From NCBI GenBank assembly GCA_019659125.1, contig JAIFVX010000001.1:15437-79436 (forward strand): a stretch of 64,000 nt of DNA, read 5' to 3'. Origin of the DNA: Candidatus Pacearchaeota archaeon (lineage in GTDB: Archaea > Nanobdellota > Nanobdellia > Pacearchaeales > GW2011-AR1). A program made the translations under genes and the position numbers. Under the pieces are notes generated by a model. It saw only the letters and a list, made by a program, of their open reading frames with translations, was not told the origin of the DNA and ran no database searches. Positions 28,175 through 37,530 of this stretch are shown piece after piece (positions within the stretch are counted from its first letter, which is position 1; each line of letters begins with the position of its first letter).

Positions 28175-29235
28175 GGCATCTCCTTTAAAATCTTTATAAC
28201 ATAGTTGATGTCCTTTTTTGTGATGTCCTCATTCAAGGTAAATCGTAGAGCGCTCTTAATCTCCGTATCATTGATTCCCAGTGCTTGTAACGCACGTTTG
28301 TCCTCGGTCTTCGTGTCGCAGGCGCTTCCGGTTGAGCACATGATTCCTTTTTGTGAAAGGTAGAGAACAGCTTTCGCAGCATCCAGAGGAATAGAAACAT
28401 GCACATTATTGTAGATTCTCTTCTCTTTAGAGCCATTAATGAATCCTCCAAGGGGTTCTAATTGTTCCATGAAATAATCTCTCAGATTCTTTATCTTTCG
28501 CGTATCAACTTTTTTCATCAGTTTTAATGCTGCAGCAAATCCTACAATGCCAGGGACATTCTCAGTTCCTGAGCGCAATCCTCGTTCCTGCCCTCCCCCA
28601 TACATTAAGGGAGTAAGTGAAACTCCCTCCCTCACATATAACAATCCGATTCCTTTTGGACCCCCAATCTTATGTGCAGATGCCGACAGCATGTCAATAC
28701 CCATCGTTTTTACCTGTAAAGGTGCTTTGCCGAAACTTTGTACGGCATCAGTATGGAAGAGAGCTCCTTTTTTCTTGCAAAGCATGCCTATTTCTCGTAG
28801 GTCCTGCATTACCCCGAGCTCATTATGGGTATGGATGATTGAAACAAGCATTCCTTTATGCAGAGACTGTTCAAGTTTCTTCATATCGATCAATCCTTCA
28901 TGATTCACAGGAATTTGAACTGCATTGAGAATGCGCGCAGGCTCGTACACCGAGGCATGCTCGATAGCACTAATAATCGTTTTCTTCTTTAAGCCAAGAA
29001 TGGCAAGGTTATTTGATTCCGTAGCTCCAGATGTAAATATGATTTCCCAAGGCTTTGCACCAATCTCCTGCGCAATACTTTTTCGTGCTTCTTCGACTGC
29101 TGATCGTGCTCGCTCACCCATACTATGAGGGGAGCTTGGATTTCCATAGTCATGGAGAAAGTACCTCTCCATTACCTTCACCACTTCATTTTTTACTGAG
29201 GTAGATGCTGCAGTATCAAGATAGATGGTCTTCAT
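28171..29235 (-). CDS. iscS: Cysteine desulfurase (IscS/NifS group)
   Basis: YLDTAAST, GNPSS, FTSGATE, HTDAVQ, SAHKIGGPKG, RSGTENV, STGSAC. Confidence 0.93.
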   Translation of the reverse strand: MKTIYLDTAASTSVKNEVVKVMERYFLHDYGNPSSPHSMGERARSAVEEARKSIAQEIGAKPWEIIFTSGATESNNLAILGLKKKTIISAIEHASVYEPARILNAVQIPVNHEGLIDMKKLEQSLHKGMLVSIIHTHNELGVMQDLREIGMLCKKKGALFHTDAVQSFGKAPLQVKTMGIDMLSASAHKIGGPKGIGLLYVREGVSLTPLMYGGGQERGLRSGTENVPGIVGFAAALKLMKKVDTRKIKNLRDYFMEQLEPLGGFINGSKEKRIYNNVHVSIPLDAAKAVLYLSQKGIMCSTGSACDTKTEDKRALQALGINDTEIKSALRFTLNEDITKKDINYVIKILKEMP

Positions 29236-29283
29236 TGCTAAAAGAACAGATACTGTTTTATATACCTTTCACAGTCCTTTTTC

Positions 29284-30081
29284 ATGGATGTCGATGCATT
29301 CAAGAAAACAGTCTACTCGTTTTATGAGAAGAACAAAAGGGATTTGCCCTGGAGAAAAGACCTATCACCATATAGTATTCTCGTCTCTGAAATCATGCTA
29401 CAACAAACCCAGGTTTCTAGGGTCATTAAGAAGTACCACGAATTTATGAAGCGCTTCCCAGATTTTCAATCGCTTGCATCTGCTTCAGCCTCGGAAGTGA
29501 TCAAGGAATGGTCTGGTCTCGGATATAATAGGCGAGCTCTTGCACTCAAAACGATAGCCGAGCAGGTAATAAAGGATCATCATGGAAAATTACCATCATC
29601 TCCCGAGGTCCTTGAAACGTTTCCAGGTATCGGTAAGGCAACTGCAGCCTCAATTGTCGCATTCGCATTTAACCTTCCCGTAGTTTTCATAGAGACAAAT
29701 GTAAGAAGTGTATTCATTCATCATTTCTTTAAGGGCCAGCAGGAAGTTTCTGACAAAGATATTCTTCCTCTAGTAAAAGTGACCTTAGATGAGCAAAACC
29801 CGCGTGAGTGGTACTATGCCCTCATGGATCTTGGCAGTGTCTTGAAGAAGGAGTATAATGCAAGCAGACAAAGTACACATTATACGAAGCAATCACCATT
29901 TCTAACATCAAATAGAAGAATTAGGGGAATGATTATCAAGCAGCTTGTCAAAGGCCCCAACGAAGAGGAAAAATTGAAAGATATATTGAATATAGATGAT
30001 GATGTGCTGCAGACTAACCTAAAGCAACTTGAAAAAGAGGGATTCATTATCAAGAAAGGGAAGAGTATACGATTAAGATAA
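29284..30081 (+). CDS. mutY: A/G-specific adenine glycosylase (MutY-like HhH-GPD, no Fe-S motif)
   Basis: LPWR, VSEIMLQQTQ, WSGLGYNRRA, PGIG, ETNVR, ALMDLG. Confidence 0.88.
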   Translation: MDVDAFKKTVYSFYEKNKRDLPWRKDLSPYSILVSEIMLQQTQVSRVIKKYHEFMKRFPDFQSLASASASEVIKEWSGLGYNRRALALKTIAEQVIKDHHGKLPSSPEVLETFPGIGKATAASIVAFAFNLPVVFIETNVRSVFIHHFFKGQQEVSDKDILPLVKVTLDEQNPREWYYALMDLGSVLKKEYNASRQSTHYTKQSPFLTSNRRIRGMIIKQLVKGPNEEEKLKDILNIDDDVLQTNLKQLEKEGFIIKKGKSIRLR

Positions 30082-30112
30082 GATTTATTAGTGATGTAAT
30101 TGTTGATACTGC

Positions 30113-30727
30113 ATGTCCGAGTATAAATTTGTCTATGAGACATCCATCTACCATAAGCTGAAGGTCTGGACTATTTTTCTCCTTATCATAGGGGTTTTGT
30201 TGACCATCTCATTCTTTTATTTTAAGAATCTTATAGCTCACCCAGGGGTTTTCACATCTCCCTTCTCCTCACTCACCAAATTCTTCAACAGTCAGCTTGA
30301 GAGCTTCACATTTTTCAAGCTCATCTATCTTTCATTCCTGAGCGAGCTTTTCTTCTCCCCCATACCGACAGAAATACTATTTCCCATATCGCTCAAGGCA
30401 GGCTTCCCATTTTTTCTTACGTTCTCAGTCCTTATAGTCATGGTCGTATTTACCAACTTTGTAAATTATACTATTGGGGAGAAACTGAGTTCGGTTATTA
30501 TGCAGCTGATCTCGAAGAAAAAGGTCTATGAAATAAGGCGATGGGTGGGCAAGTATGGATTCTATGCTATCTTGCTTGCGAACATGACTCCTGTTTTACC
30601 CTCTCCAGCCCTCTCATTTGCCGTAGGACTTACCAAGTACAATCGTACAAGGCTTTTCACAGCACTCCTTCTTGGAAGCGGCATCAAATATCTTGCTATT
30701 GGAGGAACGTATTTGTTCTTCAAGTAA
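30113..30727 (+). CDS. DedA/VTT-family membrane protein
   Basis: SPIPTEIL, NYTIG, KYG..AILL...P, hydrophobic profile. Confidence 0.75.
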   Translation: MSEYKFVYETSIYHKLKVWTIFLLIIGVLLTISFFYFKNLIAHPGVFTSPFSSLTKFFNSQLESFTFFKLIYLSFLSELFFSPIPTEILFPISLKAGFPFFLTFSVLIVMVVFTNFVNYTIGEKLSSVIMQLISKKKVYEIRRWVGKYGFYAILLANMTPVLPSPALSFAVGLTKYNRTRLFTALLLGSGIKYLAIGGTYLFFK

Positions 30728-30768
30728 ATAATCAAAACCTTTTTATAACACAAGAACCTCCCCTGAAC

Positions 30769-31245
30769 ATGATAGAGGTTCTTTATGACAAATCTGCCCC
30801 CTTGGAAAAAACATTCAATGCCCATCGTCTTCTTGGCTCGAAAGTCCTTTCACCCGAAGGTCTGGTTGTAGGAAGAGTGAAGGAGATTCGTATCAGCCCC
30901 GATGATATGGATGTTGAAGGGATCATCGTGAGCCGAGGATGGTTCAAGAATACTATCTACATTGGAAAAAATTATTTCAAGAAGCTTTCACAGGAATCTC
31001 TTATCCTCTCAATAGAACCAACAATCCTTATTGAAGGAAGGGAAGTCATTAATTTTGAAGGAAAGAGGCTAGGGAAAATTACGCGTATAGAAAGAGCAGA
31101 CACCACAAATGCAATACGACAGATTGTTATCAAGCGCATGTTCCATCAAGAGGTAGTTATCCCGGGGAAATTCATCCAGGGTATAGGAAAGTCAGTCATT
31201 CTAAAAGAGTCCTATGATAAACCTGAAGCAGTTCAACGAACTTAA
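30769..31245 (+). CDS. Tandem PRC-barrel protein
   Basis: LLGSKVLSPEGLVVGRVKEI and IEGREVINFEGKRLGKI repeats; start at ATG 30769. Confidence 0.8.
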   Translation: MIEVLYDKSAPLEKTFNAHRLLGSKVLSPEGLVVGRVKEIRISPDDMDVEGIIVSRGWFKNTIYIGKNYFKKLSQESLILSIEPTILIEGREVINFEGKRLGKITRIERADTTNAIRQIVIKRMFHQEVVIPGKFIQGIGKSVILKESYDKPEAVQRT

Positions 31246-31678
31246 CGCGATAACATCTGATGACGTCCTTGGCAAAGAAGTCATAGATATGAATGGGGAA
31301 TTTCTTGGAGTCGTTGAAACGCTGTTCATTCATCCCCAGAACATCGAGGTCATAGGCATCCAGATTGACAAAGGATTCTTGAGAAGAGGATTGCTGATTG
31401 GCAAAGATCATATCGAAAAGGTGACTCCTCATGCCGTATTCCTTAAGATAAAACCAGCAGTTAGTGTCAAAGGAATGAAGGTATTTGACAGCGACGGCAA
31501 GGATATAGGGACGGTCATGGGGCTCTCGGTGAAGCAGGGAACGAATGAAATCGACAATCTTGCAGTTTCTTCTCCATTCTTTAAGAAAAAAGTAAACATT
31601 GCAGGAGATCTCATAAAATTCATCGGCTACAATGTCTTTCTCACCGACAAGCGGGAAAATCTTAAATTGCCAGATTAG
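31214..31678 (+). CDS. Tandem PRC-barrel protein
   Basis: VLGKEVIDMNGEFLGVV and VKGMKVFDSDGKDIGTV repeats. Confidence 0.85.
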   Translation: MINLKQFNELNAITSDDVLGKEVIDMNGEFLGVVETLFIHPQNIEVIGIQIDKGFLRRGLLIGKDHIEKVTPHAVFLKIKPAVSVKGMKVFDSDGKDIGTVMGLSVKQGTNEIDNLAVSSPFFKKKVNIAGDLIKFIGYNVFLTDKRENLKLPD

Positions 31679-31735
31679 ATGTAATGTATTTTACACTACA
31701 TATTAATTTTTAAACTAGACAGCCAATTAAACATC

Positions 31736-32542
31736 ATGACTGCTTTGATGTCAAGACCTTCGGAAGAAGTATCGACTGATAACCTAGATTCCTCTGCTCT
31801 TTTAGATTTAGTAAGAAAAAGAGAATCGGGATTGAGAAGTAAACTACAATCTCAGAAGGATGAACTTGATAAAGGTCAAGAAGATACATTTAAATTCCTG
31901 CAATATAGCTACAATTTAATAGCTAAAATAGATAGCACACCTTTCATTTCATACGACAAAAAGGTAGCAGAGAATCCTTATCATTGGTTTTTGACGTTTC
32001 CCCCACAATTTAAAGAAGGAGAAATGAGTTACTCGGAAGGACAGTTTAAGCAGTTTTCAGCTGCGGTGGAAAAGGGCAATGAAACAATGGACACATTAAT
32101 TAAGATATATAATGAAAGTGAGAAACGTGTCATATTAAAAGCCCTTTTGCCAAACGGCCAAGGGTATCATTCTTCAATAGGCAACAGAGACAAGGGCTTT
32201 GAAACGGGAGGAAATCCTGTCAAGGTATGGTGGAGAACATTTGCATTACCTAATTTATTAGATAAGCCGTTGCTTGCCAAAGCTCTTGAATTTGACCATG
32301 CCGTAGACAGCGAGCATCGAGGACATCTCCAAGGAAAGAAGTATGGCTTTAGGATAGTTAATACTTCTGAGAACGAACTTAAACCCCTTTTCTTATGGAG
32401 ACAATACTATGCAGGTAGTCATTGCCCAACATTTGAGAAGATGGATCATCTCTTGCTTGAACAAATGGGTGTTGACCCGAAGTCACAAGATCGATTGAAG
32501 TATAATTTGTGGGCAGACAGACATGATACGCGAGATGTATAA
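31736..32542 (+). CDS. Hypothetical protein
   Basis: 268-aa ORF with an upstream TATA-like box; no motif recognised. Confidence 0.7.
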   Translation: MTALMSRPSEEVSTDNLDSSALLDLVRKRESGLRSKLQSQKDELDKGQEDTFKFLQYSYNLIAKIDSTPFISYDKKVAENPYHWFLTFPPQFKEGEMSYSEGQFKQFSAAVEKGNETMDTLIKIYNESEKRVILKALLPNGQGYHSSIGNRDKGFETGGNPVKVWWRTFALPNLLDKPLLAKALEFDHAVDSEHRGHLQGKKYGFRIVNTSENELKPLFLWRQYYAGSHCPTFEKMDHLLLEQMGVDPKSQDRLKYNLWADRHDTRDV

Positions 32543-32550
32543 AACAAACT

Positions 32551-32928
32551 CTACTTTTTATCGCAACCTGAAAGAACTCGAAGTTGATCAAGAGTCTTGA
32601 AACCATACACAACGCTGTTGTTGATATACCATGCAGGAACACTCCTGATATTCTTACACTGATTCATATCAGTACAATCAATGAATGAAATCTCTCCAAA
32701 TGCGTTCCCAAACACCCTCTCCTGCTTCTCGCAGTCTGCACACGTAGCAGAAGTATAGAATTCACTTCCCTTGTTTTTTAAACATTGAGCAAGCTTAAGA
32801 CTCTCGTCTTCTCCGCTTAAGTATCCAGTAACCTTGGAGAACCAATCAGTGAATAAATAGAGTCCGGCAACAAGGATGACAAGAACAGCAAAGGTTACAT
32901 AGAGTCTTCTTCGTGCATCCATCTCCAA
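32551..32928 (-). CDS. Membrane-anchored thioredoxin-fold protein
   Basis: N-terminal TM, CADC motif, IDC...C..IRSVPAW, G..TLDQL..LSGC. Confidence 0.75.
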   Translation of the reverse strand: MEMDARRRLYVTFAVLVILVAGLYLFTDWFSKVTGYLSGEDESLKLAQCLKNKGSEFYTSATCADCEKQERVFGNAFGEISFIDCTDMNQCKNIRSVPAWYINNSVVYGFKTLDQLRVLSGCDKK

Positions 32929-32997
32929 TCGTAGGAAGTGATACTTTTAAGGATTTCTAAACACAATCTTTATAAAACGGACTTAGTATAGTAATGT

Positions 32998-33561
32998 ATG
33001 ATTCCCGTGCTTTGGATTGGATTGGTTGTTGCTGGCCTTATTGTCCTCTTGATATTCATGTTTGTAATGTACTATAACAGATTTGTTGTCTTAGACAATA
33101 GGATCGACAATAGTCTAGCACAGATAGATGTTCAGCTTAAAAAACGAGCAGATCTAGTTCCTAATCTTCTTGAGACGGTGAAGGGATACATGAAACATGA
33201 GAAATCCATCATCAAATCGGTGACCGATGCTCGACAGGCCATGATGTCAGCATCAAACCTTCCAGATCGGGCCAAAGCAGGTGCAGATCTTCAGACTGCC
33301 TTGCGTTCAGTCTTTGCAATCTCGGAAAATTATCCTCAGTTGAAGGCAAATGAAGGCTTCGTCCAGCTTCAGCAGGATCTTTCAGCTATTGAGGACAAAA
33401 TCGCATACGCACGACAGTTCTACAATGATGCGATTGTCACATACAATAACTCCGTCGAGACATTCCCTGGAGTCATGTTTGCGAACCTCTGGCACAAGAA
33501 GCCTAAACCACAACTCACCATCAAGGAAGAAGAAAAGGCAGTTCCTAAAGTTCAATTCTAA
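32998..33561 (+). CDS. lemA: LemA family protein
   Basis: YNRFV, QIDVQLKKRADLVPNL, ENYPQLKAN, ARQFYND. Confidence 0.95.
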   Translation: MIPVLWIGLVVAGLIVLLIFMFVMYYNRFVVLDNRIDNSLAQIDVQLKKRADLVPNLLETVKGYMKHEKSIIKSVTDARQAMMSASNLPDRAKAGADLQTALRSVFAISENYPQLKANEGFVQLQQDLSAIEDKIAYARQFYNDAIVTYNNSVETFPGVMFANLWHKKPKPQLTIKEEEKAVPKVQF

Positions 33562-33568
33562 GGTCTCA

Positions 33569-34150
33569 TTATATCTTCTGAGGGAAAGCTCTCTTGTAAA
33601 TCAACGCAAATACAACACCAAAGACAAATCCTCCTACATGGGCCCAGAAGGCAATGCCACTACTTGCTCCAAATAATCCTGCTGTCCCGCTGAAAAGCTG
33701 GAGTATAAACCAGAGACCGAGCATGACGAATGCTGAAACTCTGCCGACGCCTCCACCTCCCGTTATATACACGCCAGCATTGGGGAAGAAGACAATGTAT
33801 GCCCCGAGCACTCCACTGATGGCTCCGCTCGCTCCTACTGAAGGAATGACTGATCCGATATTCAGAAGAAAATGGGAAAGTGTTGCAGCTACTCCTGCAA
33901 GAAGATAAAAAACAAGATAGGTGAAATGCCCCAGTCTGTCTTCAACGTTATCTCCGAAAATATAGAGAAACCACATATTTCCAAGAAGGTGCGCCCATCC
34001 TCCATGCAGGAACATGCTGGTAAAGATAGTAGTGATGCTAAAATATGCAGGTGTAAATCCATAGGTTGCTATGATTCCATCAAGGTTCTGCAGGGAGATA
34101 ACGAAAATAATAACGTTAAGAGCGATCAGTACCCAGTTAACTATGTTCAC
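33569..34150 (-). CDS. Rhomboid intramembrane serine protease
   Basis: HLLGNM, GASGAISG, AHVGG. Confidence 0.93.
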   Translation of the reverse strand: MNIVNWVLIALNVIIFVISLQNLDGIIATYGFTPAYFSITTIFTSMFLHGGWAHLLGNMWFLYIFGDNVEDRLGHFTYLVFYLLAGVAATLSHFLLNIGSVIPSVGASGAISGVLGAYIVFFPNAGVYITGGGGVGRVSAFVMLGLWFILQLFSGTAGLFGASSGIAFWAHVGGFVFGVVFALIYKRAFPQKI

Positions 34151-34216
34151 CCCTACACTAGATTATCATCACGAAGAGGAAAGAATTGCGCTCGTTTGGA
34201 GACCATAGAAGTATAC

Positions 34217-35092
34217 TTAGGAGGCTACAACAATATTTAACTCTTTTGAAGCAAGGAATTCGTTAAGGCACTCTTCACAGCAGCACCCTGCCAGCTTTCT
34301 ATCACATGCAGAGCACAGTGATGTGAATTTATTGCAGGTCTTATTTCTGCAATCCTTGTATAAGTCACACTTGATTCCACACCCTTCGCATAAAGAAAGT
34401 GAAGATTCATCTCCTGCACTCATGAGCCTCTTGTCAAAGACAAAGCATTTCCCTTCCCAGGCGGTGTTAGGAAGCTGCTGCACAAAGTTCAAGATTCCAC
34501 CATCAAGTTGTACAACATTCTTAAATCCCTGCTGGATGAGGTATGCAGATGCTTTCTCGCATCGTATCCCTCCCGTGCAATACATGGCAATTTTCTTGTC
34601 TTTTTTATCCTTTAAAGATTCGGCAAATGCGGGAAAGTCTCTAAAATTAGAAGTGGAAGCGGTAATAGCATTCTTGAATTTCCCCACACGTGATTCATAT
34701 TCATTTCTTGCGTCGACAATCAAAACATCCTTATCATTATAAAGATCAAGAAACTCTTGAGGAGAGATATGCTTTCCCGTCTTTGTCAGGTCTACTTCTT
34801 GCTCAAACCGGACAATCTCTTTCTTCACTTTGACAACCATCCGGTTGAACGGATGTAACTCTCCTTGTTCCTCTTTAAATTGAATGCCTGAAAAAAGAGG
34901 GTTTTTTATCATACATTCTCTATAGGTCTCAATCTGCTCCTTACTTCCCGAGACCGAACCATTGATACCCTCTTCAGCAACCAGTATTCTTCCCAGCAGG
35001 CCCAGCTGCTTGCAATACTCTTTGTGCTTTACAGCAAATTCTTGAGGGCTGTCTATCTTTACGTACTTGTAAAACAATACTATCTGCACCAT
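34217..35092 (-). CDS. trhO: TrhO/YceA-type rhodanese-domain tRNA U34 hydroxylase
   Basis: LFYKY, GRILVAEEGING, DARNEYE, YCTGGIRCEKAS, WEGKCFVFDKR, Cys-rich tail. Confidence 0.9.
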   Translation of the reverse strand: MVQIVLFYKYVKIDSPQEFAVKHKEYCKQLGLLGRILVAEEGINGSVSGSKEQIETYRECMIKNPLFSGIQFKEEQGELHPFNRMVVKVKKEIVRFEQEVDLTKTGKHISPQEFLDLYNDKDVLIVDARNEYESRVGKFKNAITASTSNFRDFPAFAESLKDKKDKKIAMYCTGGIRCEKASAYLIQQGFKNVVQLDGGILNFVQQLPNTAWEGKCFVFDKRLMSAGDESSLSLCEGCGIKCDLYKDCRNKTCNKFTSLCSACDRKLAGCCCEECLNEFLASKELNIVVAS

Positions 35093-35168
35093 CTCATAAT
35101 GTGAAAAAAAGCTCTTATAAACCTTTAGAAATCACAAGCCTTAAAAACCGCATCTACACGTCAATATC

Positions 35169-35834
35169 ATGGAAAACCAGCATGCAAGCAGGAAAGGAGT
35201 AGCTATTTTTATGTTTGGAACTATGCGTGTTCCCAAGCCAGGAATGTTGTTTTTCAAGCAGCCGACCGAACATGTACTTGCTACTCATCATAAAGACCTC
35301 GATATGATGACTCCCCTATTAGAACACTCCGATATTACAGAACCATATATTGCGACAGTTGCCAGAGGTCTAGAAGAAGAGGTTAAAGGTGACTCCACAT
35401 ACTATCTTTTGAATACTGGTCGTATGACTGAGAGAGGAAGCGGCCGTAAGATATACAAACCTTATTCAGATCGATCGTTCCCAGGCGTCGGAGGAGCTGA
35501 AGGAGTCCATAGCTTTCTTGTAGAAGCAACACATCCTGAAAACGTCATCGTGGATGAGGAAGAAGCATCGGCGTATATCTGGATTCCAGTACCTCATTTA
35601 CAGGGAGGCCACCCGATTCATTTTAAGGGTAGGGTCTATGAATGCTATGATCATGCATTCCAGTCATTTAAACGGGCAAGCGACATCTACCACAATTGGA
35701 AGCAACGATCAAGCCAACCTAACCTTCACCCCGATCTCATAAAACTGCCTATTGAGAGAACACAGGAACTTAATCATAAGGGGGAATTTCTTGATAAAAT
35801 CAGAGCTCAGCGTTCAGCCCGATATTCAGCGTGA
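35169..35834 (+). CDS. Hypothetical protein
   Basis: 221-aa ORF with an upstream TATA-like box. Confidence 0.65.
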   Translation: MENQHASRKGVAIFMFGTMRVPKPGMLFFKQPTEHVLATHHKDLDMMTPLLEHSDITEPYIATVARGLEEEVKGDSTYYLLNTGRMTERGSGRKIYKPYSDRSFPGVGGAEGVHSFLVEATHPENVIVDEEEASAYIWIPVPHLQGGHPIHFKGRVYECYDHAFQSFKRASDIYHNWKQRSSQPNLHPDLIKLPIERTQELNHKGEFLDKIRAQRSARYSA

Positions 35835-36460
35835 AACTGGTCAAGATACTTCTCCATAAACTGATGCCTTTCCAGAGCCATTTTCTTTCCAGTCTCAGTA
35901 TTCATCCTATCTTTTAACAACAAAAGTTTCTCATAAAAGTGATTGATACCAGTCCCTTTAGATGCCTTGTACTGTTCAAATGATGTGTGAGATGTAGGAA
36001 CAATCTCAGGATTGTGAATTTCTCTGCCTTTATACCCTCCATAGGCAAAGCATCGGGCAATGCCAATAGCTCCTAAAGCATCTAGCCTGTCACCATCTTG
36101 GACAACCTGTCCCTCCAAAGAACTCATCGGAGTGGCAACGCCAGCTCCCTTGAATGATATCTCTTTAATAATCGCAGTTACTCGATCTATAGTGCTTTCA
36201 TCAACCCTACAGGTACTCAACCATTCTCGTGCAAGCCGTGGAGCAACGGATTCATCACCCATAGTAAACTTCCAGTCGGCAATGTCGTGCAACAACGCCC
36301 CGAGCTCAACGATAAACAAATCAGCCTTCTCTTCTTTCCCAATCTTTACCGCCATGGCGTAGACCCTCTGGATGTGTTGCCAGTCATGGCCGCTTCCTTC
36401 CCCTTCGAGGGTTTTCCTGACATACACCTTAGTCATCGAGATAACATCCTCTTTAATCAT
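35807..36460 (-). CDS. HD-domain phosphohydrolase (YedJ-like)
   Basis: GHDWQHIQRV, ALLHDIAD, VVQDGDRLDALGAIG, HFYEKLL. Confidence 0.92.
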   Translation of the reverse strand: MIKEDVISMTKVYVRKTLEGEGSGHDWQHIQRVYAMAVKIGKEEKADLFIVELGALLHDIADWKFTMGDESVAPRLAREWLSTCRVDESTIDRVTAIIKEISFKGAGVATPMSSLEGQVVQDGDRLDALGAIGIARCFAYGGYKGREIHNPEIVPTSHTSFEQYKASKGTGINHFYEKLLLLKDRMNTETGKKMALERHQFMEKYLDQFHAEYRAER

Positions 36461-36646
36461 AGTTCTTAAACACTAACTTTCATTAAAAGCATTGTGGCGT
36501 TCACCTGGCAAGTTCGTTTAACTGTAATTCCTCAAAAATGGCGGCATTATTACCGAAAGCTTAAAATACTTCTTTCACGGCCTAGAATTGCTTCTAGCGA
36601 GTGTGGTGATTGTGTGTGGTTCGCTTAAACTAACAGTTCAACAAAA

Positions 36647-37501
36647 ATGGTGATACGGAATCAGGAAACAAAAAAAGTTGTATGCTCTCTTATTCTGGAT
36701 ACGCAGTACGAAAATGATATACGAGTTCTTTTAGGAAAGGTCAAAGACAGTCATCGAGATCATGGGCTGAGTGTTATTCCCGTAGGGTGCGGCCATGTCG
36801 ATTATCTACCCTGGAAACAAAGGGACGAAACCCCGTGGGAGGCTCTCCATGGTGAGCTTCATGAAGAGGCTTCAGGTTCATGGGGACTGAGAGCATATAG
36901 CAAGAATGTCTATGAAAAAGCAAAAAGCTTGCTTGAGGAGAAATTCGGCACTGATGAGAATCTCTCTATTTTTGAAAAAGCAGTAGATAAAGGATGGTGC
37001 AGTAATCATCATATTCGTCATGCTGTTCAAAACAAGGCCAAGTACTATGAGATAGTAAGGGATGGGCGAATGGGAGAGATAAGCATGCAGTTAAAGGAAG
37101 AAGTAGTAACTCCATGGATCACCTTTCCCTATAAGGATGGTGAGGCTTATGTATATCTCACCGAGTTGATTTCAATACCACATAAACCTTCAAGAATACA
37201 GGCAAGTGATACTGAATATGAATACACGCGATGGGTGTCTCAACATAGGCTAGAAAAAAACCCTGCGTTTTTAAGAAAGAACAAGTATGAAAGCGCAGAG
37301 ATTCCGGAGAGTGTAAGGGCCCTGTCTCTTAGTGGAATACGAGGATATCAAGATATAATCTCTCTTAAGAGAAAGTATGGATTTTCACTCCCCACGATAC
37401 CCGTATCAAAAGGATACAGCTGGGGCAGTCAAGTAGAAAAAGCACCTCGTTTCTTACAACCCGATGATTCTCTACAATTTACATACAGTGCTGCATCATA
37501 G
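36647..37501 (+). CDS. Hypothetical protein with degenerate Nudix-like box
   Basis: GHVD..insert..ETPWEALHGELHEEASG. Confidence 0.6.
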   Translation: MVIRNQETKKVVCSLILDTQYENDIRVLLGKVKDSHRDHGLSVIPVGCGHVDYLPWKQRDETPWEALHGELHEEASGSWGLRAYSKNVYEKAKSLLEEKFGTDENLSIFEKAVDKGWCSNHHIRHAVQNKAKYYEIVRDGRMGEISMQLKEEVVTPWITFPYKDGEAYVYLTELISIPHKPSRIQASDTEYEYTRWVSQHRLEKNPAFLRKNKYESAEIPESVRALSLSGIRGYQDIISLKRKYGFSLPTIPVSKGYSWGSQVEKAPRFLQPDDSLQFTYSAAS

Positions 37502-37530
37502 TTTAAATACATCTTCTTCCTTTTTCTTCT

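Noticed and set aside
31693-31708. ACACTACATATTAATT as a possible NrdR box
   Set aside because: Single copy, lacks the conserved G in the right half, and the downstream gene is not nucleotide-related
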